A stretch of 63,940 nt of DNA, filler included, from an uncultured bacterium (GCA_964471275.1; 3 parts of 3 records of this genome joined end to end with filler, not necessarily neighbours in it), one strand, 5' to 3'; shown: positions 52,105-62,026, numbered from the whole stretch's first letter. Made by a program: numbers and translations. Notes: generated from the sequence alone by a model not told the origin.

Positions 52105-52645
52105 CCAGCTCAAAGAACGGAACCTGCCGTATCTCATTTATATACAATGTGATACGCGCATTTTACGTCCTGCCAGTCGATATCATCGCTGGCTTGGAAG
52201 TTTCGGGAGGATCGAGACGATGTTGCTTGTCGGACCCAGGTTCCGGCAGTCCAAAATCGGTCTTGATCGATGCACTGAAAACGGTTTCTATGGTTGCCTC
52301 CCTGGCGGCTCTTACGTGCCTCCCTTGACGGAACTTTTGCGTGGTTGTTTCCTCAGTTAAAATCTTTAACATTGAGCAAAGATCGGCCTGACCCCGCTCA
52401 GAAGAAGTACGTCTGGGACACGCGTCAGGTTGGACGGATTTGGGCGGAGTTGAGGTGATCCGGTAACGGCTCGGTGGAAGTGGCACTCTGTTCGGACTGA
52501 CTCGGCGATATTGGGGGAGATAGCGCTGGGGACTGTTCGAATCACACAGGGCTGTGGCTTCCATAGATGCATCCCGAGTTCTGTATCTGGGTCGCTTCCT
52601 CCGCCCTCTTTCTTAGCCGGCCCCTCTCAGGGGCCGGCCTTTCTT
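52105..52645 (+). ncRNA. candidate large structured non-coding RNA, family unassigned
   Basis: Promoter to terminator with no credible ORF; G-U-containing hairpins at 52210-52268, 52383-52433 and 52442-52606, plus a small hairpin at 52172-52193. Confidence 0.6.
52616..52645 (+). terminator. intrinsic terminator
   Basis: GCCGGCCCCT-ctc-AGGGGCCGGC-CTTTCTT, a perfect 10-bp stem. Confidence 0.85.
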
Positions 52646-52654
52646 CAACCCTCC

Positions 52655-54160
52655 CAGGTGCCTGGCCACTCGAATCGCAGTGCCATCCAGTCTGAATGTG
52701 ATGCAGCCACTCAGATCTGTCCGGAAGTGCTGGATACGATACAGGTCGAATCAGGCAAGGACCTCCAGCGGGGATGTTTAAACTTGTTCTCCGCCCCGAA
52801 CAATATTACGACCATCTGCGGTCGAACGACCTCGTGGAATACACCTCCTCGATCCGTGATGTGCAGCCTTCAGGAGAGTCGATTGCACTCGGGCATTCCA
52901 CGAGAGAATTGCGGAGTCCGTTTCGTGCTCGATGTCGCCGGTCAACAGAATTGACTGCCCTCGATACGCAATCCGAAGCACAACGGAGCCATTGTTCAGA
53001 CCCTCTGGCGCATCGCCTTCAGGGCTGAGGTATTCTGGACGCGGGTGCAGAATCGCAACGTTCGCTTCTCCGAATCCTGCCAGCGTATCACCGGGCACCA
53101 CGGTGTGACGCATAATCCCACGGCCCCCGATTAGCTCGTGGATCCGGCTTGCGGTCGATGAGCCGTAGTACCGACCCGGCTCGACGTAGTGACCGACGGG
53201 AACCTGTTCCATAACGGACACAGGTCCGCCAACATGGTCGGCGTGGGGGTGCGAGGCGACGATCGCGTCGAGCCTGCCGATTTCCAGATGTCTGAGCGCT
53301 GGTATATTAACGCGTTCCCCTGCATCCTCACTGTAGCCCGCCACGCCGCCATCGATCAGGATCTGTCATCCATTCGGGAAGGAGACCAGTACACCATCTG
53401 CCTGCCCCACATCCAGCGCCCTGACAACCAGATCACGATCAGGGCAGAGCCCGCCCAGACGTGAACGTTCGCCGCCGTCAGGACAACGCAGACAACGACA
53501 CCGGCAAACCGGCTCTGCCGGATCGACTCCACACCCAGAACCAGCAGAAGAGCGAACCCGCAAACAAGAGAGAGTGGGCGCAGGACACGCAACGGCCGCC
53601 CAATTCGGTTTCGCAAAATCTCGGAAAGCCCGAGAGCCGTCTCGAGGAGCACCCGGTTGGAGCCGTTCAGCAGCACTGCCGGATGCCTGCTCACCCCACC
53701 GATCAGCACCGTCATCAGCCCAACCCCGACCGACCCGATCATCAGCGGCACGACGACAAGGTTAGCCGCGGTGGCAACGAGCGAGATCTGTCCGAAGGCA
53801 GACAGAATCAGCGGAGCGGTCGATAGTTGAGCGGCCAGTGAGACGGCCAGAGGCGTTGCCCCCCACTTCGACCAGCGAGGACAAGCTCGTCTGATCGATC
53901 CTCGAAGGCAGCGATGTGGTTCGCCGGCAGGCACTGTGCCAGACACATCCTGACGACCCCCGGCTAGAAACACGACTACCAGCAGATACACCGACGACCG
54001 GTTGAGTGAAGGCCTACCTCAAACAACGAGGAAACCGACAACCAACCAGCCAGCAGCGAAGCCAGCCAGCAGGATCGGCGGATCGAGGCCCAGGCAGTCT
54101 CCCACCCCAACCCCCAGTCCGAACGCGATGAAGAGCGGCAACCACGGATGTCGCAAACCT
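52655..54160 (-). pseudogene. comEC: ComEC/Rec2 DNA-uptake protein, multiply disrupted
   Basis: Fragments in different frames: SLAAQLSTAPL...ANLVVVP, LDVGQAD, SHPHADHVGG, NNGSVVL...LLTGDIE, HHGSR. Confidence 0.85.
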
Positions 54161-54323
54161 ATGCTCCCGAGATACAAAGGAGAATGGCTCAGAAGCAACA
54201 ATCGGACCCGGTGAAAATTCGCGTACAATGGACTCGACGCAACCCGGGATTTGCGCATTTCTTACAACAGCAATCACCAGCCTAACTGGTTGTTTCAAAC
54301 AGACTTCTGCACGGAGGAATGCT

Positions 54324-54352
54324 TTGACATCGAGGGAACGGCTTAGTATATT
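54324..54352 (+). promoter_or_regulatory. sigma70 promoter of the ecfT-truA-... operon
   Basis: TTGACA-N17-TATATT, 66 nt upstream of ATG 54419. Confidence 0.8.
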
Positions 54353-54418
54353 CTCGCGGACGAAAAACGTCCTAATTCCAACGTTTTCGAACGGTTACGA
54401 CACGCGTTCTTTCTCAAA

Positions 54419-55213
54419 ATGATCGATCCGAGTCGCCTTTCTATCGGGCGGTATCTACCGGCTCATACCGCCATACACCGGATCGACGCACGGACAAAAA
54501 TTGTGTGCGTCGTCGGCGTTCTGTCGGCGCTCTTCCTGGCCCCAACGTGGCACTGCTGGTTGGCCGGGCTGGTCTGTCTCTCTCTCGTCACCTCGATCGC
54601 TGGTATCCCGGTCGTCTATCTGACCGGGAACGCAAAACCTCTGATCCCGATCCTGACACTCACCCTCCTGCTAAACGGCACTGCAACGCCTGGCGAAGCC
54701 GTTCACGCCGATATCCCCCTGACTTGGGAAGGCTTGCGGCGCGGCGGCACTCTGTGCCTTCGATTGATCGTGATCGTGACTGCGACGAGCGTTCTGAGTC
54801 TGACCACCTCTCCGCTGGACCTCGCTGATGGGCTCGAAGGGCTCTGCCGCCCGCTGTCGTGGCTCCGCATGCCGATCCACGAGCTCGCTCTGACGGCCAC
54901 GATCGCCTTGCGTCTCATCCCGCTTCTGGCGGATGAAGCTGCCCGAATCCGGACAGCCCAACTCGCTCGTGGTGCAGCGACAGGAGGATCCCTGGTTCTG
55001 CGAGTGAAAAACCTGGGGGCAATTCTCGTCCCCCTGTTTGTCACCTCCTTTGCCCGGGCAGAACGGCTTGCCGACGCCATGGAAGCCCGTTTCTACCGCG
55101 GGGCTAAGGGAAGGACACGCTATCGAGAACAGTGTTTCCGAGTTGCCGACGGGATCGCATTCGGGATATGCGCTCTCTTCTCAGCAGCTGCCATCTTGGT
55201 AGACGTTAGCTGA
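54419..55213 (+). CDS. ecfT: ECF transporter transmembrane component T
   Basis: IHRIDARTKI, LTTSP, AQLARG and AMEARFY motifs. Confidence 0.92.
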   Translation: MIDPSRLSIGRYLPAHTAIHRIDARTKIVCVVGVLSALFLAPTWHCWLAGLVCLSLVTSIAGIPVVYLTGNAKPLIPILTLTLLLNGTATPGEAVHADIPLTWEGLRRGGTLCLRLIVIVTATSVLSLTTSPLDLADGLEGLCRPLSWLRMPIHELALTATIALRLIPLLADEAARIRTAQLARGAATGGSLVLRVKNLGAILVPLFVTSFARAERLADAMEARFYRGAKGRTRYREQCFRVADGIAFGICALFSAAAILVDVS

Positions 55214-55944
55214 TGCATCACTACCGCTTGGATGTCGAGTACGACGGTACAGATTTCAAGGGTTGGCAGGTGCAACCCGATCAGCGCACGGTACAGGGCG
55301 AACTCGAGGCCCGACTCGAGACCCTCTTTCGGCAGCCAATCCGTACGACGGCAGCAGGTCGCACAGACACGGGCGTACACGCTCTGGGGCAGGTCGTCAG
55401 TTTCAGCGCTCCTAGACTTGCCGACCCAGACGAGCTTGGCAAATCACTGAATGGTATGCTGCCGCAGGATGTCGTCATCCGGTCTACAAGCAGCGCAGAT
55501 GAGGCATTCAACGCGCGGTTCTCAGCGACCGGGCGACACTACTACTACGACATCGCCTACAGCGAGCGCGCCATCAGTCGACGCTACGTGTGGATGCGTC
55601 GTGAAAGACTCTCGACCGCAGCCTTGCGGGAAGCATCTAGACACGTGCTCGGGGAACACGACTTCACATCCTTCTGTGTCGCTGCCCGGGAGCGTGAGTC
55701 ACGGGTCTGTGACGTCCGGACGTGCGATTGGACGGAACGGGATGACGGTCTGAGACTGACCATCAGCGCAAATCGATTTGTACGATCCATGGTGCGCAGC
55801 CTCGTTGGTACTTTTGTCGATATCGGACGGGGCTTCCGTGGGGCAGACGAAGTCCCTGACATCCTTACAGCGTGTGATCGATCCTCCGCTGGGCCGACCG
55901 CGCCTCCGCAGGGCCTCTTCCTGTCACGAGTCGACTATGATTGA
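55213..55944 (+). CDS. truA: tRNA pseudouridine(38-40) synthase
   Basis: EYDGTDFKGWQ, GRTDTGVHA, GEHDFTSF, TAPPQGLFL. Confidence 0.96.
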   Translation: MHHYRLDVEYDGTDFKGWQVQPDQRTVQGELEARLETLFRQPIRTTAAGRTDTGVHALGQVVSFSAPRLADPDELGKSLNGMLPQDVVIRSTSSADEAFNARFSATGRHYYYDIAYSERAISRRYVWMRRERLSTAALREASRHVLGEHDFTSFCVAARERESRVCDVRTCDWTERDDGLRLTISANRFVRSMVRSLVGTFVDIGRGFRGADEVPDILTACDRSSAGPTAPPQGLFLSRVDYD

Positions 55945-55958
55945 CGTGGGCTAGGTCA

Positions 55959-57065
55959 ATGACCGGACGGACCACCTGGAAACGCCGTTACTTCGGGCTT
56001 CTGACTGCGCTGCTGCCCGCGGTCACCGTATGGGGATCGGATGACCCGATTCGTGATACCCGTGGGAACGCGATTGTGCAGGCCGTTCGGCTGGTCTCGC
56101 CTGCGGTCGCCAGCATCAATACGTTCCACTACAAGGAGTATCCGCAATATCGCGATCCGTTCTTCGACTACTTCTTCGAGAGTCCGTCGATGATACGTGA
56201 GCGCGTCCCGGGTATCGGATCCGGTTTCGCCATCCGCGAGGACGGATACATTCTTACGAACAGTCACGTCGTCGAGAACGCACGGGAAATCAGTGTTACG
56301 TTCCCAAACGGACAGAAATACCAGATCACCGACATCGCCAAGGATGTGCTCGTGCACCGGGAACACGATCTCGCCGTTCTCTGGATCGACGTCGAGGGAC
56401 TGAGTGTGCCGGAGTTCGGGAACTCGGACGATGTCATCATCGGGGAATGGGCGATCGCCATCGGCAACCCCTTCGGATTGGCGATCCGGGACCCAAACCC
56501 GACAGTCACTGTGGGCGTTATCAGCGCGGTTGGCAGGGATTTTCGTCCACTCGAGGATGGCCGCACTTACCGGAACATGATCCAGACGGACGCGTCGATC
56601 AACCCGGGGAACAGCGGCGGACCTCTTGTCAACTCAAACGGTCGGGTCGTCGGTATCAACACCTTCATCTTCGAGCAGTCGGGCGGATCACAGGGCATTG
56701 GTTTCGCGATCCCCATCAATCAGGCGATCGAGGTAGCCGACGAGCTGATCGATGGTGGCAGCCCGGACTTCTGGACTGGGGTTGTCATCCAGAATCTGAA
56801 CAGGAGAAAGGCCAGGGCACTCACTCTGGCCACAACCGTAGGCGCGCTGATCCTCACCGTGCACGACGATAGTCCGAGTTCCAAGGCAGGACTGACCCCG
56901 GGTGACGTCATCGTCGAGGTGAACGGCTTCTCCGTGAGGAGTGCGGACGAAGTCGTGGAGGCCTTCCGCGAGGGCCGCGTAGGCGCCGCCTACGATTTGA
57001 CGGTATTGAGAGGACGGACCCTTTTCAAGAGACGGCTCGTCCTCGAGCGGGACCCACAAAGCTAG
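55959..57065 (+). CDS. HtrA/DegP-family serine protease with one PDZ domain
   Basis: TNSHVV, DLAVL and INPGNSGGPL triad; C-terminal PDZ; start could be TTG 55941. Confidence 0.93.
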   Translation: MTGRTTWKRRYFGLLTALLPAVTVWGSDDPIRDTRGNAIVQAVRLVSPAVASINTFHYKEYPQYRDPFFDYFFESPSMIRERVPGIGSGFAIREDGYILTNSHVVENAREISVTFPNGQKYQITDIAKDVLVHREHDLAVLWIDVEGLSVPEFGNSDDVIIGEWAIAIGNPFGLAIRDPNPTVTVGVISAVGRDFRPLEDGRTYRNMIQTDASINPGNSGGPLVNSNGRVVGINTFIFEQSGGSQGIGFAIPINQAIEVADELIDGGSPDFWTGVVIQNLNRRKARALTLATTVGALILTVHDDSPSSKAGLTPGDVIVEVNGFSVRSADEVVEAFREGRVGAAYDLTVLRGRTLFKRRLVLERDPQS

Positions 57066-57081
57066 TCAGGAGCGCAAGGCG

Positions 57082-57729
57082 TTGATCGCAAGAGAATCCA
57101 TCCCCTTCCTGTTGACAACGGGGACTTCCTGTGTTGCTCTGACCTTTGTCGGCCGTAGCGCCGATTCTGGAATCGCTCTGGCACTGGGTGCCTTAATGTT
57201 TGTGCTGACAGCATTTATTGCCTTCTTTTTCAGGGATCCAGAACGGGTCACCCCGGAAGGTGAGGGCGTCTGTGTCGCCGCGGGAGACGGCAAGGTCGTC
57301 GCCATAGAGGAAATCGAAGATGGATGGGTCGGGAAGTCGATCCAGGTATCCGTCTTTCTCTCCATCTTCAACGTCCACATCAATCGAATACCTTGTTCAG
57401 GGCGAGTGACTTCAGTAGACTATCGTCCGGGAAAGTTTCGGCTGGCCTTTCTGGACAAGGCGTCCGAAGATAATGAACACACCGTCATCAGGATTGATGG
57501 GGCGGGCTTCAAACTGGGGGTCAAGCAGATCGCCGGGTTTGTCGCTCGTAGGATCGTCTGCCGGTTAGAGGCAGGCCAAACCGTCGCTGCAGGTGAGCGA
57601 TTCGGGTTGATCCGATTCGGATCCCGAATGGATCATATTCTCCCTCTGGGGAGCAACATACAGGTCAGCCTCGGAGATCGCGTTAGAGCAGGTGAAACGA
57701 CCATCGGTGTAGTAAACTCGGAGTCCTAA
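57082..57729 (+). CDS. psd: phosphatidylserine decarboxylase proenzyme
   Basis: FFRDPER, IFNVHINR, QIAG..ARRI, FGSR cleavage motif. Confidence 0.93.
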   Translation: MIARESIPFLLTTGTSCVALTFVGRSADSGIALALGALMFVLTAFIAFFFRDPERVTPEGEGVCVAAGDGKVVAIEEIEDGWVGKSIQVSVFLSIFNVHINRIPCSGRVTSVDYRPGKFRLAFLDKASEDNEHTVIRIDGAGFKLGVKQIAGFVARRIVCRLEAGQTVAAGERFGLIRFGSRMDHILPLGSNIQVSLGDRVRAGETTIGVVNSES

Positions 57730-57733
57730 TCTC

Positions 57734-58468
57734 ATGAGAAAATCGGCAATACCGAATCTCTTCACGATTTGCAATCTGGCCTGCGGGTTTGTGGCGATCC
57801 ACTATGCGGCCAACGGCAAGCTGGTTCCCGCGGCCTGGCTCATCGTCATCGCAGGATTTCTGGATGCATTTGACGGTAAACTCGCCCGATTGATCGATGC
57901 CGAGGCGGATTCCGGCGAATTTGGTCTGCAGTTCGATTCGCTCGCAGATGTCTGTTCGTTTGGCGTCGCGCCTGCGGTCCTGATGCTTCATTATTTCGAA
58001 CCGACTATCCACCCCTCGTGGGCTCCGCTTTCAGCGGCTTTTGTGTTTCTCCTCAGCGGCGCCTTCAGGCTAGCACGATTCAACATCAAGCGCGAAGACA
58101 CGGAACCGGACGTAAAACCGGATTTCGTCGGCCTCCCGATCCCGGTTGCAGCCGCGACGCTCTGTTCGTTCGTCATATTCAGCCAACGCGTCTGGGAAAG
58201 CACGCGGGAACCTCACGTTGCCTTGTCCCTGTGTGCACTTCTGGCCTTCCTCATGATCAGTCCCTTCGACTACCCGGCCTTCCCCCGGTTCACGTTCGAG
58301 ACTGCTCGCGATCGATTCAGGATCGCCCTCTCTCTTAGCGCGATGATTATCGTGTTTCTTTACAACGAAGCGGCCTTTTTCCCCGTTGCGATGGCGTTCT
58401 GTTTCTCGGGCGCGATCCGTTGGCTAAAGCATCAGATCCTTGATCGCGAAGCAGTGGACTTGAGCTAG
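57734..58468 (+). CDS. pssA: CDP-diacylglycerol--serine O-phosphatidyltransferase
   Basis: PNLFT; DAFDGKLAR...G.QFDSLAD.CSFGVAP; RLARFN. Confidence 0.93.
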   Translation: MRKSAIPNLFTICNLACGFVAIHYAANGKLVPAAWLIVIAGFLDAFDGKLARLIDAEADSGEFGLQFDSLADVCSFGVAPAVLMLHYFEPTIHPSWAPLSAAFVFLLSGAFRLARFNIKREDTEPDVKPDFVGLPIPVAAATLCSFVIFSQRVWESTREPHVALSLCALLAFLMISPFDYPAFPRFTFETARDRFRIALSLSAMIIVFLYNEAAFFPVAMAFCFSGAIRWLKHQILDREAVDLS

Positions 58469-58487
58469 CAAGCTTGGAAGTGGGAAG

Positions 58488-58778
58488 ATGCTGAACATCC
58501 GCAGGCTGAATGTAGGATTCCTGATCGTCGCCATTTTTGTCGGCATGCTAGCCGGCAACATCATCGGCGAAATGCTGAGCCTGGTTTTCGACAATCTGGG
58601 GTTGCAGGACAACGTCGTGCAGAAGGTCCTGGTCGACCCGATCTACGCGTATGATTTCTACCCAATGCGGTTGAATCTGATCGTGATGACCCTTACGCTG
58701 GGTTTCTCGATCAACTTCAATGTCCTCAGCCTGATCGGGATCGGAACTGCCTGGTATTACGTTAAATACTCTTACTGA
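58488..58778 (+). CDS. small membrane protein (DUF4321-like)
   Basis: Hydrophobic; G..IGE.L and LNLIVMTLTLGFSINFNVLSLIG patterns. Confidence 0.65.
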   Translation: MLNIRRLNVGFLIVAIFVGMLAGNIIGEMLSLVFDNLGLQDNVVQKVLVDPIYAYDFYPMRLNLIVMTLTLGFSINFNVLSLIGIGTAWYYVKYSY

Positions 58779-58782
58779 GATC

Positions 58783-58805
58783 AAGCCCGCTGATGCGGGC
58801 TTATT
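58783..58805 (+). terminator. short hairpin, possible weak terminator
   Basis: AAGCCCGC-tgat-GCGGGCTT-ATT. Confidence 0.4.
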
Positions 58806-58840
58806 GAGTGCGGATCACACGACTTCGCCTGGAGGTTACA

Positions 58841-59089
58841 ATGTTTCAGGGCATCGGCACCTGGGAAATTCTGCTCATCTTTCTGGTCGCCTTGCTCCTA
58901 TTCGGAGCAAAGCGGATCCCCGAGATCGCCAAGGGACTCGGTAAGGGCATCACGGAGTTCAAACGTGCGGTCAAGGATGTGAAGGACGAAATCGAAACCA
59001 GTGCTGAGGCGCCTTCGACGCCCTCTCAATCCCCACCGGACACAACACCGCAGAACGACGCCCAAGCAGAGCGAAAGGTCGAATCTTAA
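58841..59089 (+). CDS. tatA: twin-arginine translocase TatA/TatE subunit
   Basis: [41 protein letters not shown] before ATG. Confidence 0.95.
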   Translation: MFQGIGTWEILLIFLVALLLFGAKRIPEIAKGLGKGITEFKRAVKDVKDEIETSAEAPSTPSQSPPDTTPQNDAQAERKVES

Positions 59090-59092
59090 AAG

Positions 59093-60568
59093 GTGAAGCG
59101 GGAGCAGGCTGTGGCTGTAGATGGAGAACTGAACAGACGTCCGGCACACGAGTTGGTCGAGGCCGTCAAGCGCGGAGAGATCACATCCCGAGCCATTACG
59201 GACGCAGTTCTGGACGCGATCGAACGTCAGAACAACCGCATCAACGCATACATCACGATCGACGAGGCGGGTGCCCGAGCACAGGCCGATAACGTCGATC
59301 GTCGTGTTTCTGCAGGTGAGACTCTCGGTCCACTGGCTGGCATCCCCGTCGGCCTGAAAGACCTGATCTGCACGAAGGGTCTCAAAACCACTTGCGCTTC
59401 TCACATCCTGAACAATTTCATTCCACCCTATGACGCAACGGTAGTGGAGCGTCTGAAGCGCGCCGACTCCGTCATTGTGGGCAAGCTGAACATGGACGAA
59501 TTCGCAATGGGTTCGTCCAGCGAGAACTCGGTGGCCGGACCGGTCAGAAACCCGCACGACACGGATCGTGTGGCCGGCGGATCGAGTGGTGGATCGGCGG
59601 CAGCGGTTGCCTCCGGCCAGGCCATCCTCACACTCGGCTCCGATACGGGTGGCTCAATCCGTCAGCCCGCCTCGTTCTGCGGCGTTGTCGGACTCAAGCC
59701 GACCTACGGCCGCGTCTCGCGCTACGGTCTCGTTGCCTACGCATCCTCCCTCGACCAGATTGGCCCATTCGGCAAGAATGTGCGCGACACCGCCACCCTC
59801 TTTGAGATCATATCCGGACACGATAAATGCGACTCCACCTCTGCCGACGTCACCGTGCCCGAGGTGCTTGGCAAGATCGGCGAGGGTGTAGATGGCCTGC
59901 GCATCGGTTTGCCTGCAGAGTTCTTCTCCGAAGGGCTGGATCCCGAGGTCGAGACATCCGTCAGGTCTGCCGTGGCGCATCTGGAGAGTCAGGGCGCAGA
60001 AGTCGTCGACCTTCACCTGCCGGTAGCCGGTCACCCGGAATACGCGATCGCCGCTTACTACATCATCGCAACCGGGGAGGCCTCTTCGAATCTCTCTCGA
60101 TACGATGGAGTCAAATACGGCTACCGATCCGAAACCGACGACCTGATCGAAATGTATGAGAACACACGAAGCGAAGGCTTTGGCGACGAGGTAAAACGAC
60201 GCATCGTGCTCGGCACCTACGCGCTCAGCGCAGGGTACTACGACGCGTATTACATCAAGGCCCAACGGGTCCGTACGTTGATCAGAGAAGACTTCGAGCG
60301 CGCTTTCGAGGCGTGCGACATTCTCGCAACACCGGTCGCCCCGACACCGGCCTTCAAGATCGGCGAGAAAATCGACGATCCTCTGCAGATGTATCTCTCG
60401 GACATCTACACTGTGTCGGTTAATCTGGCCGGTATACCAGGGCTGTCGGTTCCCTGTGGCGCATCATCCAATGGTCTGCCGATTGGATTGCAGCTTCTGG
60501 CTCCCGCCTTCGAAGAGCTCCGTCTCTTCCAGGCCGCCCACGTCGTCGAACAGGGCCAGGGCTCCTGA
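59093..60568 (+). CDS. gatA: Asp/Glu-tRNA amidotransferase subunit A
   Basis: [45 protein letters not shown]. Confidence 0.96.
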   Translation: MKREQAVAVDGELNRRPAHELVEAVKRGEITSRAITDAVLDAIERQNNRINAYITIDEAGARAQADNVDRRVSAGETLGPLAGIPVGLKDLICTKGLKTTCASHILNNFIPPYDATVVERLKRADSVIVGKLNMDEFAMGSSSENSVAGPVRNPHDTDRVAGGSSGGSAAAVASGQAILTLGSDTGGSIRQPASFCGVVGLKPTYGRVSRYGLVAYASSLDQIGPFGKNVRDTATLFEIISGHDKCDSTSADVTVPEVLGKIGEGVDGLRIGLPAEFFSEGLDPEVETSVRSAVAHLESQGAEVVDLHLPVAGHPEYAIAAYYIIATGEASSNLSRYDGVKYGYRSETDDLIEMYENTRSEGFGDEVKRRIVLGTYALSAGYYDAYYIKAQRVRTLIREDFERAFEACDILATPVAPTPAFKIGEKIDDPLQMYLSDIYTVSVNLAGIPGLSVPCGASSNGLPIGLQLLAPAFEELRLFQAAHVVEQGQGS

Positions 60569-62019
60569 TGGCCTGGGAGACCGTCATCGGACTCGAGGTC
60601 CACGCCCAACTGGCCACGCGGACCAAGATATTTAGTGGTGCTGCCGTCGAGTTCGGCGCCGAGCCGAATACCAATGTGACCCCGCTATGCCTAGGCCTTC
60701 CTGGCACGCTCCCCGTGCTGAACAGGCAGGTGGTTGAACTGTCCATGCGTGTGTCGCTGGCCGTCGGATCTACCATTCATCCGCGCAGCCGGTTTCTGAG
60801 AAAGAACTACTTCTACCCCGACCTCCCGAAAGGCTACCAGATATCCCAGTTCCAGTCGGAGGAAGAGATGCCCCTTGCGACAGGGGGCGGCATTGAGGTT
60901 CCTGCAAATGGAGGTGGGTCACGCTTTGTCCGGCTTGTTCGCATCCATATGGAAGAGGACGCGGGGAAGAGCATCCACGAGGAAGAGTTCGTGCCCGCCG
61001 GCGAATCGATGGTAGACTACAACCGCACGGGTGTGCCGCTGATCGAAATCGTCTCAGAACCCGACATGCGTGCTCCATCAGAGGCGGCAGCCTACGTGAA
61101 CCGACTGCGCGAGACCCTGATCTATACGGGTGCCAGCTACGGCGACATGGAAAAGGGTCACGTACGGATAGACGCAAACGTCTCGATTCGGCCCGTGGGC
61201 ACAACCGAACTCGGGACAAAGGTCGAAGTCAAGAACATGAACTCGATCCGGAACTGTCAGAGAGCGCTTGAGATCGAGGTCGAGCGGCAGATCGCGACAC
61301 TCGAGTCCGGCGGCGAGATCCGACAGGAAACTATGCTGTTCGACCCTGTCCGCGAGGATGTGCGTCCGATGCGGAGCAAGGAAGAATCGGACGACTATCG
61401 ATACTTCCCGGATCCTGATTTGGTTCCCATCCTAGTCGATCAGGAATGGATCGAACGCGTCGCCGAGCAGGTTCCCGAGCTTCCCGACGCCAAACGGGAA
61501 CGATTCATTTCAGACTACCAATTCGAATCCGGGCTTGTCGAGGTGTTGACGTCAGACCGTGAAACGGCAGACTACTTCGAGAAGACCGTCTCGTCTGGCG
61601 CTGATCCGCGTAAAGCCGCAAACTGGGTACAGGGCAACATCCTCCGGCTCGTTAACGACACCGGGACGTCCGTAGCCGACCTCGCGATCCGGCCGGAAGG
61701 GCTCGCGGCCTTGATTGCGCTGATTGATGACGGTACCATCAGCGGAAGTATAGCCCGACAGGTCTTCCAGGAGATGGCTGAGTCCGGAGACAGTCCGGAT
61801 AGGGTCGTAGAGAAACTGGGGCTGGCCCAGATCAGCGATGAGGGTGAACTCGAAGGCACGGTCGATCAGGTTCTCGCCGATCATCCAGACGAAGTCGAGA
61901 AATTCAGAGAGGGCAACAAGAAGCTCATGGGATTCTTTATGGGTCAGGTCATGAAGGCAACCAAGGGTCAGGCCAACCCCAAACTTGCGACACAGTTGAT
62001 CGACAGGAAGCTGAGCTGA
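60568..62019 (+). CDS. gatB: Asp/Glu-tRNA amidotransferase subunit B
   Basis: VIGLEVHAQL, RKNYFYPDLPKGYQISQ, HMEEDAGK, DYRYFPDPDL. Confidence 0.97.
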   Translation: MAWETVIGLEVHAQLATRTKIFSGAAVEFGAEPNTNVTPLCLGLPGTLPVLNRQVVELSMRVSLAVGSTIHPRSRFLRKNYFYPDLPKGYQISQFQSEEEMPLATGGGIEVPANGGGSRFVRLVRIHMEEDAGKSIHEEEFVPAGESMVDYNRTGVPLIEIVSEPDMRAPSEAAAYVNRLRETLIYTGASYGDMEKGHVRIDANVSIRPVGTTELGTKVEVKNMNSIRNCQRALEIEVERQIATLESGGEIRQETMLFDPVREDVRPMRSKEESDDYRYFPDPDLVPILVDQEWIERVAEQVPELPDAKRERFISDYQFESGLVEVLTSDRETADYFEKTVSSGADPRKAANWVQGNILRLVNDTGTSVADLAIRPEGLAALIALIDDGTISGSIARQVFQEMAESGDSPDRVVEKLGLAQISDEGELEGTVDQVLADHPDEVEKFREGNKKLMGFFMGQVMKATKGQANPKLATQLIDRKLS

Positions 62020-62026
62020 GCCGGCG

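Noticed and set aside
52071..52572. Short ORFs overlapping the candidate ncRNA (52071..52328, 52163..52564, 52366..52572)
   Set aside because: No recognisable domains; the + strand ORF begins inside the -35 box; composition looks like shadow ORFs
52105..52645. Assignment of the structured region to RNase P, SRP, tmRNA or T-box
   Set aside because: Hallmark conserved motifs were not found on either strand; left unassigned
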